Shown here piece by piece: positions 23,301-36,740 of a DNA stretch of 64,000 bases. The DNA is from Schizochytrium sp. TIO01 (Eukaryota; Protista; Bigyra: Labyrinthulomycetes). The notes under the pieces were generated by a model, which saw only the letters and a list, made by a program, of their open reading frames with translations, was not told the origin of the DNA and did not search any database. Numbering within the stretch: position 1 is the stretch's first letter; each line of letters opens with the position of its first letter. Location: positions 1,612,001-1,676,000 of the forward strand of contig SMSO01000004.1 in the NCBI GenBank assembly GCA_004764695.1, written 5' to 3'. A program made the translations under genes and the position numbers.

Positions 23301-23749
23301 CTGTTACTGGCTTCGGCGGCAGCGGCGGACCAAGATGATGAGGCATCAGCAGCAGATGAACTTGCATTAGTTCCATCAGCAGAACTGGCAGATGTTGCTG
23401 GCAAGCTCGAAGGGACGTTTTCAGTTTTAAGAAGCTTGCCCATGCTGGTGACACGGGGAGCTGGAGCAGGTGCGGACTCTCCTCCGTTCACAAGTCCAGT
23501 CTTGGACTTTGCGAATGACATAACCTCATCTGCGAAGGCCTTTCGCGGCGAATACTGTGCACCGTCACGGTTGATATTGGAGTCACCGTCGTCATCGTTA
23601 TCCGATTTGTTGTCCTCAATCTCCTCGTCGTCCTCTTCCTCGTCCTCATCCTCTACGCTATCACCATCCCCGCCTCGGGATGCAGCGAGAGCGCTTGGAT
23701 CTTGAATGCGGAGGCCTTCGTTGAGGCTCGTTGATAGAGACCGCTGCAT
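20382..23749 (-). CDS. Ankyrin-repeat class II (Hda1-like) histone deacetylase with a C-terminal PAH domain; two +1 frameshifts (~21835, ~21381)
   Basis: Ankyrin repeats (GNAALHWAALNG, GDTPLHLASRAGH). HDAC motifs EAPERI, RPPGHHAG, GFCIFNNV, DFDVHHGNGTQ, YPGSG, SAGFDA and LEGGYG occur in order across three consecutive track ORFs. PAH: ALAFLRKVKTKF..VYRDFLVIM..F..VIEQVKQIFNGDPELMREFNEFLP. Confidence 0.9.
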
Positions 23750-26700
23750 TGTGATCAAACAATTTAGGCACACAAATTCGCACGAATTATGCTGCTGACC
23801 AGGCAATCAAGCGAGAGCAATATCTAACGAACTGAGGTACGAACGAAAGAAGGAGTGAGAGTGAACGAATGTATCTATGCAATGCCCAAATGTCCAGATT
23901 AAAATCCTCAATTCCACACAGTTAGTCCTTTTAACCCCCGAAACATGTAATTACAGCCGCTTCTCAACCGAGTTCTTATTGAATGATCAATCAATCAACC
24001 GATGTCAACGTGACTGCTTGCCCAGTCAGGTCCCGTTTTCAATCGAATTTTCGATTGAGTGAGTTAGGCAGTTATTGTTTACTTACTAACTTAGTCAACC
24101 AAGTGAGTTGTTTAGTTACTAGTAGTACAGCAGCAGCAGCTGTGCCGTCTTCGCTGTTGCGATGATGCAGGTGCGAGGACAGCTGGACACAGGGCACAAC
24201 CTGGCCGAATTTATTTATCGCTCTTCGCCGCGCGTGCCTCCGCCGCGAAGACTTGCTGCGGGTCCTTGCCTCGTCGCCGCCACGCCGTAAGCGTAAGCGA
24301 GCGAGCGAGCAAATGAACGAATGAATTCGCGATTTGATTCAATCGCTGCTCTTCTTCTTTTTCTCTTCTTTTCCTTTCTTTTACAATTCTTTTATTTCAT
24401 TTTTAAAACTTTCATTATAAAAAACAAACACTTTTTAATTTATTTATTTTACTACTCGTTAAATTAAATTAAAAAAAAAAAAAAAAAAAAAAAGACGAAG
24501 ACAAATTAAAAAGTTCTCCTCTAATATTTGCTTATCTTCTCTCTATCTCTCTTCCATAACTACCTCCTCACTCTCCTTTTAGTAGCATGTATTTTATTTA
24601 TCTGCGCCTTTGCCATCTTTCAGTGATTTTAGGACATCGCTCCGGCGTGCTCTCTCCAAACCGTGTTTTCCATGCATTTACTCGCAACTATCGTCCTCCC
24701 GACCGCGTTTTGCACGCCAGGTACGCCTGACTTCTCACCACCCTGCGCCTATGGACTGGAATCCCTCGCCGCTCCACGGTGCCAACCAGAAGATTAAATC
24801 TCTGAGACCCAATGCCGCATCAGCCATTTCAGACAGTTGCTTGAATAGAGTACCGTATTTAATTACTCTCGCCCGTCCTAATTCCTTGCCCTTCCTTTCT
24901 CCTTCTTATGCACGAATACCCACTAGTGCCTGTCTATATATATGTATATATATGTATATATATATATGGTTATTGGTCCATTACAAAGGAGGCGAGGCCT
25001 GATGCATGCATGCCTTTGCATCGCTGCTCTGCCGCCTCTAAGGACCGCTGCAGCTCTGGATATTTGGCCTCTGAGGAGCCCTCCCCTTGCCCAGGACGCC
25101 CTCGAAGGCCTCTTCGTCGCAGCTGCCGCGGTCTTTTTGCCGCGACGCACATTCCGCCGCGGGTCGTGGCCTGGCATCCCTTCGCATTGTCGCTCTGGTC
25201 AACCTGCAATAAAATACAGCGCCCAATAAAATACCGCGTATGTATTTTATTCATCCTTCCTCGGCGTACTTTATTCGCCCGTTCAAATATAAAACTGTTT
25301 GTTGTTTGTTTTCTTACTGTTCTTTAGCGAGAAAGAATGCAAACGGGCGCCGCACAGAGGAGACCTCAGTGGCACTGCAGAAGGCCCTCACTCACTAAGG
25401 AACAAGCAATGCTAACTTTGAAAAACCTCTTTTTTAAAAGAAAGAAAGAAAAGAACTTTTACTAATCGATGTGTTTAAAGGCGGAGCAGCGTCGCGGCCA
25501 GAGGAGCGAGAAACCAAAAGCTGCGATGCATGCAGCCGTGGCGCGCGGGGTGCGGAGGGCCGGCCACGCCGGGGCAGAGGCCGAAGGGAAGGGCGAGGTG
25601 GCGGCTCCCACGAGCTCTTTGGAGAAAGCCCGTGCGTGCCTGCCCGAATTTCACGGGCGGAAACCCGCCATCTGATGCCCTCAACACGAAATCTTTCTCC
25701 TTCTACGTATCATCATCGTCTCATAAACCTTGAAATGTTTTTAGACACAGAGAAAGTACATTTCTTAGTCTCTGCTCACTCACTGCCAACGAGGACTAAG
25801 CAGAGAGAGAGATAGGTAAATGAAAATGAGTGAACGAATGAGTGAGTGAGTGAGTGAATAATAAAAGACGCCAGCGAATTCGAATTAAGCACAGCGCCAG
25901 AATGGGGTCGAGGCTGAAGGCCCTCATTGGCAAAGAGGCGAAGGCGCACAGGAAATGCCTCTCTTCACGCCTAAGAGGCACTGGAGGCACCGGCACGAAG
26001 CGAGAAAGCGCCAAGTAAACCACATTCTGCAAAAAGGCACTTTTTCTTTCCACATATATTTTCTCAACAATCATTGTTCTTTTGTTTCATGAAAATCAAT
26101 AAATGCCAGAGAGAATTTGAAAGTGAAAACCCTGTATATAAAATTTTATTATTATTATTCTTTTTACACAGAGGGCGGCAGTGAAAAGGGAAGAAAATGA
26201 ATAATTGATGGGCATGGACGTTTCAAGGGGCCTCAAATGTGCCCTCCGGCCGCCGCTGCAGAGGCCGAGCCGCCTAAGGGGCCGCCTGAGGAGGCTGATC
26301 ACAGCCTTTCGAGGCAATCTCAGAAGCCTCGCGAATTTTAATCGCCGCTTCCCGCACGCTATGGCCTCCGTCCGTCATGCGGAGTCTCGGAAATGGCTGG
26401 CTGCCTACCCTCAGTCTGCGCCCTCCTACTCCACAGCACGTGTTTTCCTCCAGACATCTCAGCATCGTCCCCTCTCACCAGGATTTTAAAACTACCCGTT
26501 GTGAGGGCGGAGCCTGAAAGAATGAGTGCGACAGGGAGGGAAAGATACAGGGGCAGAGGGGGAGAGAGACAGAGGGGGAGAGAGATGTTACGTATTCATG
26601 CACTTGTAAAGAAATGTTTAGTTTTGTCTTGCTTCTGAAGAAATGTTGATGAGGTTAGTGTTTGGAGAGGTGCTCCTGAAAGCCAAAGGCGCAAGGAAGC

Positions 26701-27861
26701 GGTCGCTTTCGCGCTGCTTGTGACTAATTTGAAGCCCTCGCAGACAGCCCATCCCGCTTTCTGCAGGCCGCATGGCACAATCAATCAAAGGTAATTAATA
26801 TTGTTCATGTAAAAGTTATGAATTAAAATCGATCGATCATCTTGTTTCTGAATTGAGTGACTGAGTGATTGATTGATTGATTGATTGATTAATTGATCGC
26901 TCATAGTTGTAATAAACATTTCGCCGTCTGTCTTAAAATCAATCCTTTCGAATGGGTACCAACCCTACTTGATAGTAGTAAAACTATGGCAAAGTATTTT
27001 GGAAAGTTTTTTTCTTTTTCTTTCTTTCCTTCTTTCTCCACAAACCAAAAAAAAGAGATGATAAAATATTGGTTGCATTGCAGCATTGTAGCGGCGACCT
27101 TCAAAACGCGTGGTTTCAAGCGCAAATTCGCCGCCTCGAAGCTACCCTGAGCCTTCTTTAGCTCCAAGACGCCAAAGGCTTTCGCTGTTGGACCGATTTA
27201 CTGCCCTTCTCGAGCAAGGGTGAACCGCGTACTTTTGGTTTCCTTCGAAGCCTGAGCAACAAAACAAAATAAAACAAAATAAAACATCCCTTGGAAATTT
27301 AAAAGGAAAACTGAGTCCACTAGTAAGCAGGTACGTAGTAGGAATCTGCTTATCTGTTCTGGCTAATACTCTCTAGCCAGCTAGCTAGGTAGGTATCAAG
27401 CAACAACTATGACCGTGGAAAATCAATCATCAAGAGCCGCGAGCTTCATCGCGCGAGATTCGGGCTCCCAAATCGCAGAAGCCGGGAAGAAGGCGAAGGC
27501 GTTGACGGGCCACGCTCAAACACCGCCTGAGGCCGCACCTCCGGCCCTCTTGAGCCTTTAAAGGCGCCGCAGGATCGCCTTTATTGCTGCTTTCGATCGT
27601 TCATTCATTCCTTGCTTCATTTCATTCTGTCAAGTTAGCTCCAAAGACAGCAGGCTTTTCGGACGCGGCGCGTATTTTAATGTCTGTATTTTAATCAAGT
27701 CTGACCGTCGAGGCGAATGAATGAATGAATGAATTCTGCGCAGCGGTCGTGGCTGAGATGCGCAGGAATTAATCGCAGAGCTCGCCGCGAAGGCTCCGCG
27801 CGAAGGGCCCAGGACGCCCGCAGGCCGACTGCGAAGGGCCACGGCCTCGAATCGCCAGCCA

Positions 27862-27940
27862 CGCCAGCCAGCCAGCCAGCAAGCGAGCAAGCAAGCGAGC
27901 GAGCAAGCAAGCGAGCAAGCAAGCGAGCGAGCAAGCAAGC
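27862..27940 (+). repeat. Compound tetranucleotide microsatellite (GCCA/GCAA/GCGA)n
   Basis: gccagccagccagccagcaagcgagcaagcaagcgagc... Confidence 0.85.
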
Positions 27941-28172
27941 GGCACAGAGCAGATCAATAAAGAAAGAGGCGGCCATGATAAAAGCCTTTCTGAGAAGAGT
28001 GGATTAAATCTGAGGAGTAAAATTCACGCCAAGCCACGGACAAATCATCGCACCGCCCGTCGACCGGGCTCTCTCGCAGACGTGGAAGGCCGCGCTTAAG
28101 CAGAACGCGGCCTCGGCCGGGCCCGGGCCAGGCAGGAAGTCGCGAGCGGCGCTGCGGAACATGGGCATGAAG

Positions 28173-28235
28173 ATGCCATGCCATACCATGCCATGCCATG
28201 CCATGCCATATCGTACCATTCCGTACCATATCGTA
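28173..28235 (+). repeat. Pentanucleotide microsatellite (GCCAT)n, degenerate at the 3' end
   Basis: atgccatgccataccatgccatgccatgccatgccata. Confidence 0.8.
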
Positions 28236-29253
28236 CAGAGCCCGAATGAATCAATTGAAATCCAAACCGAAGACCAAAGGAACTTGGAGACCCAAAGCCA
28301 AAGCAAACCATCGACAGCTAGCAATGTCTAGTTAGTTAGCTAGTTAGTTAGTTATCCGCCTGAGCATCATTCATCCATGCATTCATTCATCCATGCATTC
28401 ATTCATTCATTGATCCTCTCTCTTTCGGGCAACAAACAAACAGTAATAAGTGACAGCAGCAGGTCAAATGAAAGAGGTTGAGCCGGGCTTTTTCTGCTTC
28501 GTAGTGAGCGAATGGAAAGAGTGCCTCCGTTGACCGCCGTTGTGGATGGGACATTAGTGCGCAGAGAGGATTTCAAGAGCCGCCTTTGGAGCCCAGATCG
28601 TGGTGTGGCCCCGGCCTCCACGACACCATTTGATGGGTTTCGTCACCATCGTCGCAGCTGCCGAGCTTGTTATTCGTTAGGTGGAAAGACAGACATACGC
28701 AGCAACGTAGGTGCCGAGCAGCAGGTACTATAATGATTAGGCTGTTAGGTAGCTGACCAAGTACCTCTGTGAACAATGTTTAAAGTAAAGACCTAACTAC
28801 CTCTGTACTTTAACCAAAGAAACATTTTTCATTAAGCAGAGGAGGTGTATAAAACGTATAGGCCTGTATATATTGTCGTTGTTGTTGTTGTTGTTGTTGA
28901 TATTGTTATTAAAATTTTCTCAAAGTTTAAGGACACGTATTTTATTGCGATACTAGGTTTATAAGTTTTACCTAAGAGGCTAAAAAGAAAAGAAAAAATA
29001 GAATAGAAGGCAAGGTTGAAAGTTGTACAATCAAATCGGTCAATACGAAATGTGCGTGGCCACCGCCGCCTCGACGCCGCAGGAGTCCAAATAATCTGGC
29101 AGCGCATGGCTCAGAGAAGCCCTGGTCGCTTCCAGCTAGCCCATCTATTGGCGTCAAATTACTCTCCTTCTGCAAAGCGGGGTTTGAAAACGAGAAGCCA
29201 TACATACATTTTTTGAAGAAATTAGTTGTCCAGTGAATATGAAGTTCATTCGC

Positions 29254-29378
<125 letters not shown>

Positions 29379-32300
29379 CATTCATTCACTCAAATGATAC
29401 CTATTCTAGTTCGAGGAACAGACCTTATGCTACGCCGTGTATGTATGGACGGTAGGTAGTTACTTTATAGGTATGTATCATGTTGAAGAGAGAGGTGGAA
29501 TTGTTATTGTCGTAGATAGAGGCAGAAGAGAGTTCAAGCAACTGTGTCCTTGCCTAGCTCCAGCTCCGCGAAAATACTCGACGCACCTCTAGCAAGCGGC
29601 CTCGGGCTACGGTTAGTTGGAGAAGAAGCCCCAAGCCGCTGCAGGCACCAGCTTCTGCAGTCGTCGAGGAGCCCCAGCGCCTTCGCCACAAAGACAACGC
29701 AATAGTTGTCTCAACCCAAGTTCTTGATTTTGATATTTTCCTCCGCGGCGTTACGTAGTAGGTACATAGCTAGCTCTACTAGGTACCTAAGGTTTTCCAA
29801 GTTGAAGCCAATTGATTAAATCCAGGCAGGCAGAGGCAGGCAAGCAAAAGCAAGCAAGCAAGCAAGCGATGAAGACCACCGTAAGTCATGGCCACAGCCT
29901 TCGAAAGAGCCGCCTCGAGCAAGCCGGAGCTGAGGGCCCTCTGATCTCCACGTCTAAGGTCCGGCGTGGCGGCCTTTGCGAGCGACTTTGATTGATTGAA
30001 ATCGCTGCATTTGGCCAAAATCAGTTGAAAACAATCTTGAAAAATTAAGAAAAAAAGCTACCTAGGCGGGCAGTAGCTAGGTATTAATAGCTTCGGTGAG
30101 CTAAATGTCTCTTTAAATACGCTATAGCATCATGGCAGCAAGCAATTCAAACATTCAAACTGGCCTTGAGCAAGTCCGCCTTTTGCGGCACGTGATGCGA
30201 AACGATTCAAGGCGGAGATAGATTTGGCCACGCATATACCCCATACAAGAAGCTGGAGGGGCCTATGGGCCGTGTTAGAGGCTGGTCGCGTGTTAGGTCA
30301 CGATTTCTCAGGGTCGTTTTGAAGGAATCTGTGAATTTAGAACAAGCTGTCCCCTTCGAAGAGAGTAAAATTAAATACCTCGTGTACCCTTTTTATGCAT
30401 TGGTGTTTCGCTTTTAAGAATGGTGCTGAATGACCAAAGCATTTAATACAATAGAATATTATATATATATTTATTTGTTTTTTAATAAAAATTAAAAAGA
30501 TAAAATTAAAAACCTGTCTTTTATTTTTTCACTCAAAAATTAATGACAGAGAAGAAGCTAGATTTAATAAGAAGAAAAGCATTCGGTGAAAGCACGTCTG
30601 GAATTCTAGTCGTCGACGATTTGCGGAGAATAGATGCGAAGGGGCGCAGCGCTGCATTTATAAACAAGTTCATGGCCACGAATATTCTCCCTTGGTCCTA
30701 ATTAAGCCTTGGCTGCAGTCTGTGTCTTCGCGGTGCAGGCGATTTATTCAAGACCGCAGGGCTCTTAATTGTACTTTCCCCCTCACGCTTCATTGCAATA
30801 TCTTCGACTATTTCAGGTTACTTATTATTAGCATTCTATGTTTATTCTGTTTTTTGTTTTTTGTTTTTTGTTTTTTAACTAAATAATTAATAAAAAAGAA
30901 CTTGAAGACCCAACAGTATGAACAAATCAAGTTTGAAAGAAGCAGAATCCACGATTTTAATCTCCAGAGAGCCCCCGCAAAGGCGGCCCTTCAAAGAACG
31001 GCGCTTAAGCCTGCGATGCTTCCGCAGAAATACACCAACGGCACGGGCAGCAAGCACTTAATCAGTTTGCCAGCCGGCTGGAGCGAATCCTGAACTTCGC
31101 ATACGCCCGTATTACAACTTTCTACCTTGAACTTCACGCTCCATCTATCTATTCTGGTAGATAGTACTACTACCTACTACACATCTCCAGGCAGAGGAAT
31201 GTGCATATTATGTATGTGAATTTCTCCATTTCTTCTCCCTATCTAATTATTGTTTATTATTTTAAACAATAAACACCAATAATATAACTTGAAAGTAAAT
31301 GATTGAAATATAATACCTTATGGCGGCTTTGAAAGGCTACTTCCTCGCCGTCGGAGCTGCGTGTTTGCGGCGAGAGGGTCACCCGAAGTCAAAGCCTTTC
31401 CCTTCATGCTCAAGACCAAGCAACGACGGCCTCGGCCTCAAAATTGCGGCACCCACGATGGCCGAGCTCGGGAATCTCCAACTTGTGAGCAATCGCCAGA
31501 GCTGCTGACGACATGAATTGTAGTATTCTTGTTTATTTATTTTAAAGGCAGATTATGGTGATTACATTCTCAGTTTCCTCGACATTCCCGCGACATTGCA
31601 GGGTCGCGAGCCCCACGCCGGCCGGTATGTACGTGTGCGTGCACGTGTACGTGTGCTAAAAACTGCGTCATCGCGTGCAAGATGTTCAAGTTCACCGCCT
31701 CCTCGGTGGCCTTGACAGTTGGATGTGTACTTCTTCACAGCACTTGAGCTCTTTCGTGTCAACTTTTTATGATGTCAAAGAATGAGTTAGGAGGTAAATA
31801 ACTTGAATAAAATCAGGAAAGTAATCAAATAGAACGAATAGAAGAAGCACGAGTTCTACCAGTCGGCCTGAGATTCCGAAAACCAGCCCTTGAACGCTGC
31901 TGCTCCTGCGGCTAGGCAGCTCGTGATAAATCACCTCTATTGCTTGAGCTGTGTAAACGGCGTCAACTTGGAGCGTCGATTCGTTGGAGGTCATGATCTG
32001 CCTGGCTGTATTGGCCACAATTTGTAGTGGTGCGGTGCGCTTTTCTCGTAATTATTGCGCCAGGTAACCCTAGCTAGCAGGTGCTGCCAAACAGTCAATG
32101 AGATGACATTGGCCATCTGTGAGTGGGTGTGCAACCCCTGCAATCTAGTGCAATGACGAACACAATAACTAGAGCTTGACTCGAAGAAAAGAAGATGATG
32201 GTGATGGTGATGATGAAGAGTGGGATGGATGGATGCCGTGAGAAAACACCAAGAAACTCACGCGTTGCAAAGGCACTCATGAAAGAATCATGGGATGCAT

Positions 32301-33460
32301 AAATTGTGAGACGATTAAAATGCGTTGCGCACAAAGTGCACGGGCTTCACTTCTCCCAACACCCATCGTGGCAAGTTTACACTGGCAGCAGAGCAGGTTG
32401 GTTGGCTGTAGATTTTAGCAAGGTGGCATGGGGGGATGAGTCATTGAAAGGGCTTAAGCAACCAGTCTTAATAATCGGTGAACTAGGTACTGCTTGTGCA
32501 TCATAAACTCCATTCGCGATGTAATGCTTTCATACGATGCGAGGTGGTTTGTTTTTCAGAGTTTCTCGGTGTCGGGTAGATAGTACACAAAACTCTAAAT
32601 ACTGGAATCAAGGCTGAGGCAGCACGGTATCAATATTTTAATAGTTGGAGAAGAAAGAAATACGGCCATTGAGTAGCGAACAATGCGCAAGACCGACACA
32701 TGCGATTTGAAAGGAATCAAGAAAGAGTTAACTAACCTACAAGAGCTAGTGATCGAGATCTAAGATATCCTAGGATTAAAGACTCATTTTGAGATTGAAT
32801 GAATTTCGGAGGTTGCTGCCTGCATTTCCAACTTTCAGTTACAGAACCAACGAGAAAGACTTCACCATGATGAGGTAGGTAGGCAGGTATCCAGGGTATA
32901 TCTAGCTACTCCAGGCAATGAATGAACAGTCGAGCATGCCTATAAGCAATAACTACGCAGGATACTAAATTCACTTCAAGCTAGATTTTGCATTTTTAAT
33001 TTAGTATGAGCTTAACTTAGGCCGTGGCTTAAGAACAATAAAGTGTATTATATGATGTTTGCGAATGGATAAACATCCACAAGATGTCATTACAAGATAT
33101 ACACAGGATGAACATCAAAATATTCATTCACTCATTACGATATGTGCAAGATCTTGAAAGAAGTAACCCCTACCTGATCACGGTGGCCTGCCAGTACATA
33201 CATGTTATGTTTATATATTTCATCTAGAAAAGAATGAAGAGTCTTGCATTGCAAGATCCAAGAAAAGGAATAAGAATGTGGAACATTCCCAAGAAAAACC
33301 TCTGCACAAGAGAGATGGAATCCCTTCACGAGGTTCGCAAAAGCAAGCAAGACGAGGAGATGGCGATAGACAATGCAAGTTGTTGGAAAGGGTTGTTGGA
33401 ATTGGAAAAGGACTAGCAAAATCAGAATCTCAGAGTATGGAGAAAGGGAAACCTTTACAT

Positions 33461-33775
33461 TTAGCACAATGACATCTGGAAACCCTTGCGCGACAGGATG
33501 GTGGCGGTAGTCGGGTACATGGTGACCTGCTGGCGCATTGCCGACTGGGAGAAGAAGGCAGGCGTGGAGAGGATCTCGAGCGACGGACGGTACTTGCTAG
33601 CGCGGATGACGCGGGACAGGAGAGGGGCACGAACAACCTTGGAGCTGCCCTGAAGGATGGAGCTGGGGCGAGCGGTGGCGGCAGCGGTGCTCTGGATGAC
33701 CTGCTTAACCTGACGCTTCGGGCCGGCGATGGCCCGGAAGAGGAAGGGGCTGCTGATGATCTGAGTGTTGAACAT
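33461..33775 (-). CDS. Orphan 104-aa basic, Ser/Thr/Ala/Arg/Gln-rich small protein
   Basis: accATG start context, the same as RPL18. Only 2 of 104 sense codons end in A (GCA, TCA); all Phe are TTC, all Ile ATC, all Lys AAG, all Gln CAG. Followed by a pyrimidine-rich 3' UTR-like tract. Confidence 0.7.
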   Translation of the reverse strand: MFNTQIISSPFLFRAIAGPKRQVKQVIQSTAAATARPSSILQGSSKVVRAPLLSRVIRASKYRPSLEILSTPAFFSQSAMRQQVTMYPTTATILSRKGFQMSLC

Positions 33776-35573
33776 GGTGTCCCAAGTTATGGCTCTGCTA
33801 AACTCCAGCAAAGCTCGCAAACAATTCAGTCAAAAGCTACTCGATCTGTGCTTCACCGTCACGGTATTTAGTTTTATTTTCATTGATTGCATTTCATTCC
33901 GCAGTATGTTACCCAATTGATCACAAAGTTGAAGGAGATATCGATGATTAATCAACGTGTACCAGCATGGAAGCCCACGACCACGATCCGAGAATACGCG
34001 CACGAAAGATCCATCACAAGGATGTTAGAAATTCCACAACATCAGGTGCAAAGAAACCAAAAGTCCGCGAGAAAATATGTGAGCACCATCGCCATCACAA
34101 AAGATCATTCCACCAGCATCATCAAGATTAGCAAAGAAAACATCGAACAGAAAAAGTACAGCGCGTGTTACAAATGCATCGAAAAGTCACAACCCACATA
34201 ATAGAGATCAAAGAGAAAGCGAGAAGAGAAATTTGAAAAAGTTAATTGATCCACGTTAGTCTACCCGTCCCGTACCCAGGTAACCTATCCTCTGCGTCTT
34301 ATCTCATGCAGCCTGTCCTTCCCCCCAAACCCTGAGGCCGTCCACTTCCCTGCAGAAGACAGCATCTTTCAAACCCATCATCCTTCTTCTTTCCTTTTAC
34401 AGGGCCGCCAGTGGCCGCCAGCCTCATGCCAACTTCAACATCCTCCCGACAGCCACAACAACAAGCTCGCTCTTAGCAGCGGATCCTTGCAGCCCATATA
34501 GCCATATGATCCCGTCGCCGGCTCCGCCTGAGTCTCCGGGGCTCTCCGAGCGCGCCCGAGTCCACCTACCTCGCGGTCTGCAGCGGCCTCGTCTCAGACA
34601 AACAGATAATCAACAAACAGTGAAAAACTAAACAATCAGTCAAGCAAACAGAGAAACAGAGAAACAAAGAGACTCTTTGTAAGTAAGCAGTTGTGTAGTT
34701 AGATAGATCACTTTGTCTTCCCTATAACTCTCTTTCCATTTGCTTTTCTCCACTTGTGCTGGTTTGTACCACTTAGATTCACAATGGAAATTTAAAATAC
34801 TCTACTGTAGACCTGGCACTGCAGCTGTCCTGCAATAGTCTATTTGTCTAAGTTTATCTTATCTTCTATAACTCAAGGAATAGTACCTATCTACCTAAAA
34901 GCACTGTAGTAGGATAGAGTCTATCAGTAGATAGAAGATCTTCATTCTACTCAGTTCTTCTCTATCGATATTTACAGTCGCAGCATTAACATGATCTCTA
35001 GCGACACTTATATAACCCCTACTGCACTACAAGAGCAGTAGCAGAAAAGTTCCTAGCGCATACTCATATAAAAAGCCCTAATTAGCTCAGCTGCTGCATC
35101 CTCATAATAGTTTCATATAGATGACTAGGCCTCTTCGGAGACGCCCTGCAGCGGGGTAATCGGGTAATCCAAATCTCTCATGATAAATCGCCGATTGAAT
35201 GAATTTGCGTTGCACAGAGCCAGAGGCTGCCCCCAAATCGAGAGTCGTGAGTGACTATAGAGCCTATCTTCCAATATACACCCTTCATCGTGTAGGGAGG
35301 AAGAAAAAACCCCATCTATATGAAGGGGAATACGATGACCGCCAATTAAAGGGGGTAGTATGTAAGATACGTTACCCTAACCTCGATAAAATAGAAGGGC
35401 CCCTTCATCACAAAACCATGGATTATATATATACTGACTTATTATGTAGTTGAGATTACATGTCAAGCAGATAGTAGATAACAAAGGGGGGTAAGAACGA
35501 AGTTAACTCCAGAGGCAAAAGAGGTGGCTTGGGCAGCGGCAAAGCTCTTGAGCGAGTCGAAAAACTTAGCACC

Positions 35574-36740
35574 ATGGTACGTCTTGGCGAGCGAGTGGCA
35601 TCGCGCTGCGTGGAGCTCGCCTGCGCCCTAAGAGGCCGATCCTCGAGCCCTCGAAGCCCTGTGTAGGACATGGAATGTCCCTCTGGCTTCGGTGTCCGTC
35701 CGGTGGAGCTGCCGGCACGAGGAAATGAAGATGGAGTGATCTCTTCATTTATTAAGGGTCAAAGAGGAAGAGGACGACTGGCTGTGAGGAAAACCTTAGG
35801 TTGACCTTGGCTTGGAGCGCAGAAGAGCCCACGCGAAGAACGCGCGATGGTCACTTCTAATCAGAAGAGATACAGGTTTCTGAGAAATGTGAACGTAATG
35901 ACTGACGATTTGACGTAAACGAACTATTGATTATATTGATGCTCTGGATTAATGATTGGTCGAATTGGTGGATGTGGATTTTTTCGATTACTTTCTGCTT
36001 CACTTCAACATGGGATTTCACAACCTCAATTATATATTGTTTCTGCGATGGAATCCGTATTGATGCTCGTACAAATGGATGCTTTGTTTGGCTTGACGTG
36101 TGTTGATTTCACCCGATTCATGATTCATTGCCGATAATCAATCAAATCATCGTTTGTGGGTTTGCATTAATAACAGGGTATCGACCTTATCGCCGGCGGC
36201 CGCAATGTCGGTCACAAGAACCGCACCGCCCCGCGGTCCGAGAACCCGTACTTGGCTCTCCTCGTGAAGCTGTACACCTTCCTTGCTCGCCGCACTGAGT
36301 CCAAGTTCAACGAGAAGGTCCTCAAGCGCATGTACATGAGCCGCGTCAACCGCCCCTCCATGTCTATCAGCCGCATTGGCCTCCTCATGGGCGACAAGAA
36401 GGAGTCCCGCATTGCCGTGACCGTGGCCACCGTCACTGACGATGTCCGCATGCAGGAGTGCCCCAAGCTCCGCATCTGCGCCCTCCGCTTCACCGAGAGC
36501 GCCCGTGCCCGCATCGTCGCTGCCGGTGGTGAGTGCCTCACCTTCGACCAGCTCGCCATGCTCGAGCCTGAGGGCAAGAACTGCCTTCTCCTCCGTGGCC
36601 GCAAGAACACCCGCGAGGCCGTCAAGCACTTCGGTGTCCCCGGCTCCCCCCACAGCCACGCCAAGCCCTACGTTCGCAGCAAGGGCCGCAAGTTCGAGAA
36701 GGCCCGTGGCCGTCGCCGGAGCCGTGGCTTCAAGGTATAA
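35574..36740 (+). CDS. RPL18: 60S ribosomal protein L18 (eL18); join(35574..35576,36177..36740)
   Basis: M|[26 protein letters not shown]...[25 protein letters not shown]. The first coding exon is the ATG alone, with donor GTACGT at 35577 and acceptor TAACAG ending at 36176 (600-bp intron). Confidence 0.95.

Noticed and set aside
28440-28720. Hairpins (tggtgt...acacca, gatgg...ccatc) and an RNase P CR-V-like AGAAAAAGCCCGGCTCA on the minus strand
   Set aside because: No matching CR-I (GGAAnnUC) element was found; not enough to call an ncRNA without an Infernal search.
30546-30560. ACAGAGAAGA resembling the U6 snRNA box
   Set aside because: The flanking U6 sequence (TTAGCATGG etc.) is absent.
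33887-34201. 104-aa + strand ORF
   Set aside because: TTG start; it is the A-rich complement of a T-rich, probably intronic, minus-strand region and shows no codon bias.
35371-35382. Telo-box-like CCCTAACC upstream of RPL18 (and GGGTTAGG at ~54022 before RPL37)
   Set aside because: Short imperfect matches that are expected by chance.
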